NCBI GenBank assembly: GCA_965637545.1
Contig: OZ281496.1
Coordinates: 13,578,001-13,642,000, forward strand
Direction of reading: 5' to 3'
Source of the DNA: Phallusia mammillata
Lineage: Eukaryota
DNA: 64,000 bases
This document shows positions 23,910 through 35,960 of the stretch, one piece after another. The notes under the pieces were generated by a model, which was not told where the DNA came from, searched no databases, and saw only the letters and a list, made by a program, of their open reading frames with translations. The position numbers and the translations under genes were made by a program. Positions within the stretch are counted from its first letter, which is position 1. Each line of letters begins with the position of its first letter.

Positions 23910-25020
23910 ATGGAAGAAATTTTAATTAACAAAGTGCGGGATTTTCCTGCTTTGTTTAATACCAGCATCAGCGATTACCACAATCGCAACATCAAAGACA
24001 ATTGCTGGCTTAAAATAGCTTCTGAGATGAACACACCAGGTTAGTATTGGTGTTTTTTTTTTACTTTTACAGTATGCAAAACAACTTTTAGGGCTAGAGT
24101 ATAGTAAGCAAGTAGTCATTATGTTAGTATAAGGCATGATTTTTACTTTTACAGTTTGCAAAACACTTTCTTAGAGCTTGGATATAGTAAGCAAGTAGTC
24201 ATTGTGTTAGTATAAGGCATGATTTTTACTTTTACAGTTTGCAAAACATTTTTTAGTGCTAGAATACAGTAAGCAAGTGGTTGTTATGTTAGTAAGGCAT
24301 CACAGAAAGTCAGATGAGACATTTTAAAAATGTTTTCAGTTAAAGACATAAAAGAAAAGTGGAAGGCATTGAGGGATAAATACGTGAAAATCAAAAGAAA
24401 AGAAATGAATGTGAGGTCAGGCTCAGCAGCATCCAGCAGTTATAGTTGGAGTCTGTATGATGCAATTTCTTACATTGATCCTTATGTAAAACCCAGGAGG
24501 TAACAGTCAAAACACACTTTTTTGTTGTTACATTTTTTGTTGTTAACAATTTGATATTTTGTAGCACCACAAGCAACTTAGATGAAGACACTGTCACACT
24601 AACCCTGGAACCGTGCTGCAGTGAAGATGAGTTTTTCACAACTAAATCTCCGGATAGTGCCATCAAAAGACCAACCAAAAAAAGAAAGGAAATGGATAGC
24701 TTTGAAAAAAAGATTTTCGAGCTACTGGAAAATGATAGTAAGTTTGTTGTTGACAGGCATGTCTTAAATACTTTGTTGTACTTATAATTTAACAATTGTA
24801 CATGTAATTTTTTGCCAAAAGTCAAAAATCAAAGCCAACTTTTACCATTTTTTGCCAAAGTTTATACTATCATTGCATTATGTTTGAAGCTAAAGAAGAA
24901 GACCCTGACCGAATGTTCATGCTATCATTGGTGCCTAAACTAAAAGACTTGGACAAGAAAAAGGCATCTGAAATCAAAATTAAAATTCTAAATTTATTTC
25001 ACCAAGCTGAATTCGAATAA
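23910..25020 (+). CDS. MADF (Myb/SANT-like) + BESS domain protein, 197 aa, 4 exons
   Basis: Exons 23910-24039, 24340-24499, 24565-24737 and 24890-25020 (594 nt, all GT-AG). MEEILINKVRDFPALFN...NCWLKIASEM...KEKWKALRDKY; C-terminus DPDRMFMLSLVPKLK...EIKIKILNLF. Confidence 0.88.
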
Positions 25021-25096
25021 CAAACGAAACAAAATGCAATAAATACAAAACAAAACTCTTCTAGCAAAGTTGTGGTTGTGGTTGTTGTTGGATTCA

Positions 25097-26462
25097 TTAA
25101 CACCTGTTTATCCTGTCCAGCTGCCATGAAACCTGACCCTCAGTACTAAAATAATTTTTGAAGATTTCCCTCACTTTAATGGCAGCATCAGAATTTCTTC
25201 GTCCTTGTCTTTGTATATTTTGAAACCCTTGTCCCTCTTCTCGCCAACTGCCGTCAGTAATGTGACCCTGTCGGTCTTCCCGGTCAAAATCACGGTCATC
25301 ACAGTAGCAGTACCGTAAATAATTGTGTAGAACACAGCATGCTTTTACGACAGCATCAGCTCTACACGGAGAAAGTGGTATGGGCCTTCGGAAAACCCGC
25401 CATTTTGCAGATAGTATGCCGAAGGTATTTTCGACAGTCCGTCTTGCTCTAGACAAACGGTAGTTGAAGATTCGTTTTCCTTCTCCAAGGTTTCTTCCTG
25501 GAAACGGCCTCATGAAATTGGTTTTTAAACCGAATGCTTCATCACCAACGAAGACATAGGGAGCAACTTCATTGCTGCCACGCAGTGTCGAACACCCAGG
25601 AAGGTCCAATTCGTTCGCTTCTAATTTTTTTCCGAAAGCGGAATTGGCAAATACACTGCCATCTGACTGCTTACCGAAAGCCCCCACATCCACACATATA
25701 AATCGGCATTGCGAGTCAGCTACAGCGAGCAAAACAATGCTGTGTGAATGTTTGTAATTATAAAACATCGACCCTGAATTATTTGGTGCCTGCATAACAA
25801 TGTGTTTGCCATCAACACTTCCCACACAGTTTGGAAATTGCCAAAACTGGTCAAAATCTTCTGCAATTTTTACCCAATCTTGCCTCGATGGAATAGGCAT
25901 GACCTCATTTCGCAATGTCTCCCATATAGCAGCACATGTTTCCGGTACAGCATGGCATATTGTTGATTTTGATGTTCGGAAGGATGCGGCAATTGTCGAA
26001 TAAGAATCGCCAGTGGCTAAAAACCTGCAAAACAGCAGAACGGCTTAATAATCGTACGCTATAGGCTATGTAATTTTTTAAAGCCTACCGAAGCGTCAGT
26101 GCAAGGCGTTCTTCAACGGAAATGCTTGTTCTCAAATGAGTTCTTTGCTTCTTTATCTTCGGTCCAATTTTATGCGCTAAAAAATCAAACGCTTCTGGCG
26201 TCATTCGAAAATAAGTCCGAAACTCGGAAAGTCTTTCGAGGCGCAACTCCAAAATTAAACGATGAAATTCACCTAAAGAAAGTATTTTTAGCTAAAAATC
26301 AAACCTGTTTTCACTGTATAAATAGTTTCTTAACTTACCAAGTTCGGACCTTCGCTGCAAAATCGGATGGACCCACCAACGTCGCGCCCGTCGTTTCTTT
26401 AGAGCCATTCTCCTGGCTATCAATAACAAGGCTACGTTTCTACTTTTTTTTGTACCAACCAT
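25097..26462 (-). CDS. Harbinger DDE transposase (HARBI1/DDE_Tnp_4 family), 411 aa, 3 exons
   Basis: Exons 26462-26339, 26272-26089 and 26024-25097 (1236 nt, GT-AG). RRWWVHP, FRMTPEAF, LRFLATGDSY; catalytic VDGKH, GDEAF and VENTFG all present. Confidence 0.92.
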
Positions 26463-27249
26463 GATAAAAATCTGTGTTTGTCTCTTTTTGTGTCAGTAAA
26501 AAGAGTTATAACTGGTTTCTAATGACAACGCGCTTGTGCGACACCACAATTAATAAGCAAAAAATATGCAAGTCACGCGAAATTGTTACCGATAGTGTAA
26601 ACAGTTGATCGCTTGCGCGGCGTGCCGCGTTGCGTCGCGTGTAGTGTAAACGCACCTTTAGACTATATGTCATGTGCAATTTCAATTATTAATTATGTAT
26701 CAGTTGCAAAGACCTTTTCCCCTACTGATGTATAGGCCAGGTAATAAAATACTGATAAGGATGTGATTGTATGTGTGTATAATGTAGTATACTTTACTGT
26801 TATTACGGAAAATTGTATTAATTTTATGCAGTGCATATCCTTGATTCCCGTATGGCCTGTGGGGGTTTCATATATCTTGTATAGTAACATACTTATAGCA
26901 TTTCAGTATAGCCATGGCCTGCCTTATTTTAATCTTTAATACAAAGGAACTAACTTGAATTTCAACCAGGTAATGAAATGAAAAAAAGTGGAAGTCCCTG
27001 CGGAATAAGTTTACCAGGGAGAAAAAAAATCTCTGAAAAAGTCCGGCTCAGAAGCCCCAACTGCATCGCAGTGGTCATTGTACCCTGTGATGCAGTTTTT
27101 AGAAAAACAAATGGAGCCCATGTCTGGATCAGTGCTCTACAACCTTTTTAGTGGCACGGAACCCTCAAGGTGTTTTGTCAAACTTCGCGGAACTCCCCAT
27201 AAAATAATTTTATTGTAATACAAGTATCAAAGAAATAACACACCCCAAG

Positions 27250-28445
27250 CGCAATATTGACTTCAATTAAATGATTCATTGAAACGCATTCCCATGTTGC
27301 TTGGATCGGTCGTTTCCACATTCTTGCAACTTAGCCAAAAAGTATCAAGACTGCGTTGTTTCCACACCCCAAATGTGCGCTCAATTTTTGTTCGGGTTGC
27401 AATATGTGAGCGATTATAATTTCTCTCTTTCTGGCTACTAGAGTTTATTAATGGCCATCATGTATTTTCTGCAAGCATATCCACCGTCTCCAAGCATTAA
27501 ACCTTCAATAATACAATGTTCGAGCTGGTAATACAAATGGCTGTTGTCAAATATCCTGATGTCATGAGTAGAACCAGGCCAACGGCAAACAAAATTGTTA
27601 AACAGCCTGTACATTAATGGAAAAGAAGCCTTTTCTATTTCAATATATTTCTGCATTTTCTCCGATTGCTCCAATAACATTGGGAAAACCTGCTACTGCA
27701 TAAAATCCTCATTTGATGGAAAATCAATCAACAGTTTGTGTTGTTTAGCAATTGCTCTTGACACCCTGTGAATAATGCGACATGAAGATGATTGACTGAT
27801 GCCTATGAGATCTCCATCAGCTTTTGAAAATGTGCAGTTGCAAAAAATCGTAATGCTGTACAGATCTGCAACATGGGTGGAATGTAGTTGTTTTTTTGTT
27901 GTTGCGCAGACGAGGTCATCTTCAATTAAACTCAATAGTTGAAGTACATTTTCTTTGCAAAACCGAAATCTGCTATAAAATTCTACATCATCAAACTTCT
28001 CAATTGGATTGATTCTGTCTCTTATGTTTCTTTTCAACAGTCTTGTGGTTTCTGTGACGTTATTACATTTTCTACACTTTCTATCACCTGGATTGCATCC
28101 ATTTTACTGCTTTGAAATAAAAATATCTGCACTGAGGCAAGCTGGAGAGTGGTGATTTTTTTTAAATCAGATTTAAGTATTATTTTTACATTTTTTGGTT
28201 AATGCACACAAATAAAGCATAACCAAACAAAAAACCTACTTTTTATCCCGGTTAAAATGCCCAAACAACCCAAAATTCAACTTAATCCATCCTTAAACCT
28301 GGGGTAGGGCAGGATTAAAATTTCGCCCATTTAATCCGAGATTAAAATTTAATCTCGGTTGGTGAATACGACTACCAAGGATTATCCCTTACTTAATCTA
28401 GGATTACGTTAATCTAGGTTTAATCTGACTTGGTGAATTCCACCC
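27250..28445 (-). mobile_element. HARBI1-type Harbinger remnant (left end lost)
   Basis: RDRINP...FYSRFRF, RWPGSTHD, GDGGY and IERTFG motifs with frameshifts; terminus GGGTGGAATTCACCAA at 28445. Confidence 0.8.
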
Positions 28446-28514
28446 ATAGTCGTTTATCCGTTACTCAAGCTGCAGCGGCAATCAAGAAAAAAAAGTACAA
28501 ACAAACGGAAGGGT

Positions 28515-28611
28515 AAGGCGATAGATGTTACTTTATTCCTGGAAGAACCATTTTGGGATGTTGAAGGCGATAGATGTTACTTTATTCCTGGAAGAACCAT
28601 TTTGGGATGTT
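28515..28611. repeat. 49-bp tandem duplication
   Basis: AAGGCGATAGATGTTACTTTATTCCTGGAAGAACCATTTTGGGATGTT x2. Confidence 0.9.
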
Positions 28612-30074
28612 TATGCTTGCACCACTTGCCCTCAAATTGTCGAATAAATGAACCGGTGGCCTTTGCACACACAAAAAAAACATTCAGCGATGTCCAAATT
28701 TTCTGCAAATAGCGCAGTGGTGCGCCAAAGGTTTTTTTACGTCTTTTTCGTTGCGTTGGTGAGTTTTCTATACCGATCTATATGGCCATTCCAACGGATG
28801 GAAAATCGTTTAATCGTGTGGCCAACATTGGCATGTTGCTGCATAAATGCCGAAATCCCTGCATGGTAGATTGGACATGTGGCGACCAAAGTGGCCACAC
28901 AATGGCACACGATCACACGGAAAAGAACCGACATGATGGAAGGTTGGTCAGAAAACCATTTACAAGTATTAGGATACATATACAAGTATATATTAGGATC
29001 AATAAATAGTTTTGCAAAAAGATCAAGGAAGGCAATGTTTTTATTTGTGCTGAACACCTTGTATCGGATCGTATTGCCAGAAGTATGTGGTGTTGTTAAA
29101 GACAATTTTTTGTTTGGGTTTTATAATTTAAATATATTTGGTTCGGGTATTTTTTCGCATTGCAGCAATAAAAGTATCATGGTTAAAGAATTAGTCATTT
29201 CCTTAAAAAGCTTAAAGAACACTTAAAACCTAATACAAATGATGATGACAACGGGATAACATTACCAGAAACAACATTTCCATGTACCAAAATTGTTGTC
29301 ATTTCACACACAGAGTTTGTAGATCGAGTAATAGTGGTTGAAGAATTCATTAAAAATTTGAGAAAACCTGATGAAACCGGTGGTCTGACTTTCATGAATC
29401 CATGCTGTTGTCTAAAAAAGAGAAAGGAGGGATTGATTAAGACATCAAAATCAATCGCTGGAATAATTACACAGACTAGAAAATGGGGGGGGGGGGGGGG
29501 GGGGTCTTGGCACCGGCCCGAGGTTTTTTTACCATAGCCGCTGGACGAAGCTGTGTGTTAGTGTGTGCTCCAGATGTAGTAACAAAACGATAAGAACGGT
29601 TGGCAGTTTGATGCTGGCACTGTTGTGGCATTTTTCAAATAAATATCACAATACCTATATAGGAAAAAAAACGCGTCAATAAAACTTGTTAGACCAGCGT
29701 TTACGGCGTGCCACCAGAAGTTCTTCAATGGCTTAAACGTGCCCGACTCCACCAATCACTGTGGCCTGATCCGTCAACATTCCAACCTGTCCGAAGAAGA
29801 CCAAAAGCCAACTCCCCTTTAAAGATCCCTAACGAATGTGTTACAATAAAACCTTCCAAGAAGTTGAAATTGATGCCTCCGTCATAATTACATCTTGTCA
29901 TACATCTAATGTCAAAAAATACATAACTGGGTACAAAAACCAATATTTTTATGTAAAAGACACTGTGTACAACAAAATAATTTTAGTAAAAAAAGCATGC
30001 TCTTCTAAACATGTTGGAATTTTCTCATCTTTCATACTTTACAAAGTAAAACATAGCTATAGAAACCAGAAGGT

Positions 30075-31069
30075 TACTGGCGGTGTCTCATGTGATCTGA
30101 AAGGAATGAAAATTAGACATCTTTTTTTAAAAAACTGCTAGCAAAACCAACTGCTTTCTGTGCAGTTTTTAAATTTCTTCCATACCTGGTCCTCAAACTT
30201 CGCCACTTTTTTTGTATGTGTCAACTAAAAAAAGTTTTTTATAAAACTTAAATGTCCTTACAAGCAAGGGAATTTACAACTAACTATAACAAAACTTCCT
30301 CAACCTGTCGTATAATGAAAACAATGTAAAGAGAATTATTGACCTAAAGCCACCTCTAAAACAAACACCAAACTGTTCTAACACAATTTTGTGAGTCAAA
30401 ATATTAAAATTCAACTTCTGAAAACAAAAAAATTATCCATTTTTTACAAACAGCAACATGTAACTTCCTTCTGTAGCAAAATGAGAAAATAACGTTTTGT
30501 CAATATTTACTACAAAACAAATTGCCAGCGAAGTGGAATGAAACGTATTCATTTTATTGAGCAGACGTTTCGACAAAAACATTTGTCATCATCAATAAAC
30601 AGTTGTCTGCTCAATAAATGAATACGTTTTATTTCACTTCGCTGGCAACTTGTTTTACACTAAACCTACTATTTAAGTCCGTATGTTTGAAAATAACCTT
30701 TTCTTCCAACTCATCTGCTATTTTTGCCCAAACGTTTTGCCTAAATTATTATCTTTGTAGTTGTTCTGACTACTGTCGCATAGCACAGGGTGTTCCCTTA
30801 CTAGATTAGTTAACTTTTCGTTAAATGATATCATTTCTTAATTTTTCTGTGCACAAAACAATACCAAAATTACTACAGCTTTGAAACTCTCTAACTCGTT
30901 GTTTACCTACAACACAAAAAAGATCCTGGACTCGAAATCGCAGTGACCTCTGCAATGACCGCGATTTTGTAGACAGCAGTTGAACTTTGCGATTTTGTCG
31001 CTGGAGGGTGGAAATGACGTAATTTTTTTGGCCTTGCGACAAAAAATCGCATCAGGTGTGCACCGGCCT
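30075..31069 (-). mobile_element. Harbinger family C end with MADF pseudogene
   Basis: TIR-like AGGCCGGTGCACACC at 31069. Exon 30834-30698 reads MISFNEKLTNLVREHPVLCD...NVWAKIADEL (frameshifted); exon from 30224 reads KKWRSLRTRYGRNLK...SFLSDHMRHR. Confidence 0.72.
30513..30657. repeat. Imperfect palindrome (~55-bp arms)
   Basis: TTGCCAGCGAAGTGGAATGAAACGTATTCATTTTATTGAGCAGAC vs GTCTGCTCAATAAATGAATACGTTTTATTTCACTTCGCTGGCAA. Confidence 0.85.
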
Positions 31070-31082
31070 TTTCTTATTATAC

Positions 31083-31210
31083 CTGTACACACAGAACAAG
31101 GTGGCAAAATGCCGGCTTCCACTTATTCCTTTGAAGCCAAGCTCGGACCAAACACAGTTAGCTTCAAATGCTTTCATGGTCCTTCTTGCTATATCTGCTG
31201 GACATAAACC
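31083..31210 (-). pseudogene. Possible DUF4806/BEN-like exon (CACTA-associated ORF type)
   Basis: AG/GT-bounded open exon GLCPADIARRTMKAFEANCVWSELGFKGISGSRHFATLFCVY; the resemblance is by eye only. Confidence 0.35.
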
Positions 31211-34200
31211 CTACAAATCTTCTCAAACATTTTATCGGCATAGAAATTATGCCATTAAGGGGAATCCCTGCCAAAACTCTCATTTAAAACAACACATATA
31301 ATCTGTCTTTTTAAACAGTAAAACCCCAAGTACTGGTTACTAATAGCTATAATTTTGAACTTCTATGGAAAGCCAGGTATTTTGCACCGGTAAAGAAATT
31401 TGCTTTTTAACCTCTGTGATTCTTTTAAGGTTTGTGTTTTAAATATTACGTTTGAGGCAAATGTTTCCACTGGTGCAAAATCCCTGACTTTCCAAAGAAA
31501 TTCAAAATTATGAGAATCATCTTGCTGGAGCTGTAGTGGAGGAAAGAAACGGATTTTTTTTGAGCTGATACAACATCATAATCGAAATCTCTTGGACGAT
31601 TTTTTTTTTGCCGGATTTGTTTTCTTTTGTATTTAGCGGAATCATTTGATGAGTAGATTGAGGCTTTTTTGAACTGCTAAAATTTGTAACATTTACGAAT
31701 ACTTGGGCAAGGGCACTTTGGTCGCCTAGGAAAATACTAAATAAAATAAAAGGTTTTATTTTTAAACTTTTTAGAAAAAAACACCTGAAAATACTTTTTC
31801 AATTCTGATCTATGGATTCAATAAACATTGTATAGGCGTACATGTGTCAGCATCAAAAAGTATCCAAAGCAAGTTGTTTTCGAACTGCACAGTTTTTTTA
31901 GAACTGTGTTTATGGTCTCTGCAATGCTGTTGGTCACAACACATCCTAAATGTTTGTTGTAAGGCATGCTCTAGATTGGCATTTTGAGAATTTTGCTTGA
32001 AGCATTTAACGAAAGAGTGACTTTCTGTCACTTCCGTTTATTTTCCACGTTTATGTTTTTTGATTGATTTTTAGTTCAGTGACGCTTCCAATGCTAACGA
32101 GTGTCGACTTAGCGTTTAACGGGACCGTTTTTTGCCCTCTGCCTTTCCACTTGTCCAACATTAGTCATACTAGGAACGTGGTTCAAAATTCTCACGCATA
32201 CATTTAATTGCATCCAAGTTGAAGAAAACACAGTCGCGAGGTAAGAGAAACAGATTGATAAAAAGTAAGACCTGCACAGCCTGGTGTCTGTTTAATGTCA
32301 GCGCTGTTTCCAGTTGGACTGAAATGCGAATCAGTGGGTGAATGGCATTCATTTGCGCTTTGTTGTGAAAACGATTCTCCCGAACTTTCGGCAAAGTCTC
32401 TGTCAGAAAGCTTCAAACGACACATGGCTTCGTTCATCAGTTGTTGACCATGTTCCGTTTCGTCCGTGGCAGTCTGGTGTCCGCCTCGGAACAAATGGTT
32501 GTCCGGCCGCGAGAACGCGATAGCCGTATCTTTCTGTCGAGAGTACATTTTCTCGAACACATGTTTTAGCTCCATGGCAAAGTTGTCCTATGTATTAAAC
32601 ATAATATTTTCATAAAATTAAAAATAGTGCAAACTGAATGAAAAATAATATAATGAACAAAGTGAAGCATACATTTGCATAACAAATTCGTTTTAATACT
32701 TGTGGATTGTGTACAAATATCCTGTATCCCCGTGCGTTTTTGACTTTCGGCAAAAGATTGCACTTGTTACTAACAATCATGGCGAAGTACAGTTGAGTTG
32801 TTTATCTCACCCATTATAGGCTGCTTAACAGCATTGAGTTCGGTTGTTAGTTTTGAAACTTTTTTTAGACAGTTAGTACGTAATCCTTGTTTCACCAACT
32901 TTTTATAGGCCTGCATAATATCGTGTTGTTTACCGACTGTCTGGGTTTTTGGACTCTTTCATTTTGAAGTGCTGTAATTTTGTGAAAACAGCTTTGAACA
33001 TTCTGCATTTTTATTAAGAGGTCGAACAACGATTTTTTTGTAAAACACGCACGTTGGGTGTTTTTGCATTGCGTCTTATGAAGCAGATTCTAAAATGTAG
33101 TAATATTCGAACAGTTTTAGGGTGTTTAATTTGGAAGGAAATATAATTACCCGCAAACAATTTTCCTAAATGCATTTGGTGTACATAACACTCAACTTGG
33201 CTTTGGGTTTTTGGTGGTAATTTTCGGAGTACGTAAATTCAGTTGAGGCTATGCGAACAACGTCAAGGACACAGTGACAACGTAAGTATGACGTCATTAT
33301 AGCGTGTTTTGCATGGCCATTTCTCCAGAATATCGATCATACACGAGACTATATTTTGAGTTGAAATGCACTGTTTATTTCTTATATCAAGGACTGCATA
33401 AGTTAAACAATACATGTTAACAATTTACACAATATTTGACCTGGCAGCACTTTTGACAGCATATGACTGTTTTTCTTGTACTTGAAGTGAAACATGTTTA
33501 GCTCTACCTTGCAGGCGCAGTTTTTAAGTAGCGCTTTACTTTGCAAGTTATACTTAATTTTTAAATTCATTTGATTAAAAATGGTGCTCAAATTCTGCTC
33601 ACCATGCAAAAGCGGAAAGTTAATTCTGCTGATTTTAGGCTGTTTTTATAACCTATTCGCTCGGAGCATATCAAAAATTAGTGTGTGAAGATGACAGAAG
33701 CTTTACTGATGTATATTTTTTTTGTAGCAAGGGGTAATTGCAATTTACGTTTACAAACTGCAAAAACATGTACTGCTGCAATCTTCTTCTTTTTCAGTTC
33801 TTGTCGAACTGCCTATCCTGTAATGCATGCCAGACCATATTGTATTATTATGATATGAAAAATCTAATGACATTTGATTAGACCTCATTGAGTTGGTCAC
33901 GTTTGGCAATAGACTTTGGAAACAGTGCGCCGACTCTGAAACCTAAATGTTACTTCGGATTTAACATAACACTGATTGTTTGACATTCAAACCGTCACAA
34001 CCTTAGCAATAAAGACAGAGTACTTTCTTACAACAAACTCCGGCATTACAATTTCGTGATTAAGCAGGCTGTTGTGATGGAGTAGAGTTTTTTTTCCATC
34101 ATTTTTAAATGATTTTGCTGCATTATCACTTTTTACCCATCACATTTCGTTAAAATTCCTACCTTCTACATACCAGCTGCTGTTCACATACCCTGTTACA

Positions 34201-34478
34201 TTCTGCCATACCACTAACAATTGCCCTGCCTGACATGCCAATCTTACTTAAAATTAAAATCAAGTTTTTAGCGACAGCCCAGAACATTTTTCCATCTACT
34301 GTATTTACGGTTAAATAGTATGCTGTTAAAGGAAATAAACAAACACATTTACACAAAAGTTTGGTCTTGTTTCCATTTGGTGCTGAGGCCGTTTAACATA
34401 AAACACAACACATGAATTGGTCAGTTGAACAATTGTTACTTTGGAAGGCTGGGGTCAATATATTGATTTAGAGTAGAC

Positions 34479-34901
34479 CTGTGCTCTTCAACCGGTGTGC
34501 ACGGTGCACCTAGGGTGCACCAAAATAAGCATGGGGTGCACCAATATGAAAAGATATGCAAGGGTGCATCACAAACTTTTTATGAACCATTAATATTTGA
34601 CTTTCAAGATATTAGATTAAGATGTACGTTTTAACTTCTGTATAACCCAAGTAAACTTTTTCAATGGTTTATCCCGGTGTCTAGTTTAAAAGTGTCTGTG
34701 ATGCGCCTTTGGGTTATGTTAGGATATCGAGTGTTTGTTTTTTTCGCCGATGTTTTTACAGAAAATTCGCGAACGTATGCTTGGAGTAATTGACAAGATG
34801 ATATGCATAACGATTTTTATATCGCTTTATATCTCAGTTTATCTTTTAAGTAAACATCAACTTTAAGGGTTCACCACACCAAAAAAGGTTGAAGAGCACT
34901 G
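34479..34901. mobile_element. Charlie-type hAT MITE
   Basis: TIR C(T/A)GTGCTCTTCAACC, perfect 8-bp TSD GAGTAGAC. Confidence 0.92.
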
Positions 34902-35489
34902 GAGTAGACCAACATCGTAGTCAAAATCCTGTACTTTAGCGAGAAGTGGACAGCTTTTCTTCCTTGTACTTGGGTGGGCATTATGCAATTTTAATCCAAT
35001 CCACTCTTGCTTGATGTCATATGCCAGGAGTCATGGCCAAAGGCAGAATCTTCTGCTTAATTTGAAAACAAAAAGAGGATTCGTTTAATCGACTTATATA
35101 CCTCTTTACTACAGTGGCAAATTTTTTGATTTGCTTCGTTTGTTTCTCTACAGGCTTGGTTAACCATTCAGTGCATCAGTCAAGCTTGGCTCGGTCTTTG
35201 TAGTCAACTTTAGCCTCTTTCCCCAACATTTGTAACAATCACAAACTGGTTGCTTTTAAAATGTATCGAAAAGTGTGTACAAGTTTTGTTCAGAAAGTTG
35301 TTTACCTCACTCAGTTTACTGTCATCATTTGGTCTCTATTGACTTGCAACAGTTAACAAGCAATTTTGTCTTTATTCCTTGTCATTAAAGTCTAAAATCT
35401 GTGTAGCTTGCTATTTCATCGTTATCTGAACAACTTGGGGCGTCAAGTGGGCATTTCAATTAACCTGTATTTAATATCTTGTTTTGCAA

Positions 35490-35960
35490 GCCCATGTGAG
35501 GCGAGACCTATTTAAACCTTTAAAAACTGTGTCGAGAATGAGCTTGAAAATAAAATCTAACGGTATGTTAGTGAACAGACTTCGAACGTTGCCATATGGG
35601 AGCTGCCCAATCTCTTGTATTGCGGATGTAAACACGATTGAGTCTGCGAGGCTGACTCGTATGTGAAACTGCCATTTGAATGGGCCTCATCGGTAAACGT
35701 GGGTTGTGTACCGTGGGCAACCCATGCATGGTGGGATGATGCATCATGTGGTAGTTTGTGTTGTGTCCTCCAGAGCCTTGGCCTTCTTCAGATATCGAAA
35801 ACAATTCCGAAACCCACACAGGTTGTGAATTGTATCATGTTACTTGCCTCGGTTTTGAAAGTAACGCCAGGTTTTTTTTGCTTATTCAAATAGTAACATA
35901 TACGCAACTTTTTTGACCAGGACCTTCGCCGATAGCCATATTTTTTGATCAGGTGCATGA
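35490..35960 (-). pseudogene. Penelope-like RT fragment
   Basis: MHGLPTVHNPRLPMRPI and VRSLFTNIPLD motifs in different frames. Confidence 0.65.

Larger units (their letters stand above)
23500..26657. mobile_element. Apparently intact autonomous PIF/Harbinger element (family A)
   Basis: Perfect 26-bp TIR AGGTGCGTTTACACTACACGCGACGC, TTA TSD on both sides, two convergent spliced genes that I could read through without stops. Confidence 0.95.
23170..27115 (+). pseudogene. Harbinger family B MADF gene remnant, split by the intact Harbinger
   Basis: MNFELSDEILVEVLKKYRSLYD...KENAWKAIG at 23283-23410 and KWKSLRNKFTREKK...QWSLYPVMQFLEKQME at 26970-27115. Collinear with the reverse complement of 52070-53055. 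Confidence 0.8.

Noticed and set aside
29485-29504. G20 homopolymer, possible G-quadruplex
   Set aside because: Simple run next to a MITE-like end; its length is unreliable in assemblies.
35881-35893. 13-nt match to the SL 3' end (CTATTTGAATAAG, minus strand)
   Set aside because: Internal to a Penelope coding relic, not at an element 5' end, and the 5' three bases differ. Worth rechecking only if the SL-LINE result generalises.
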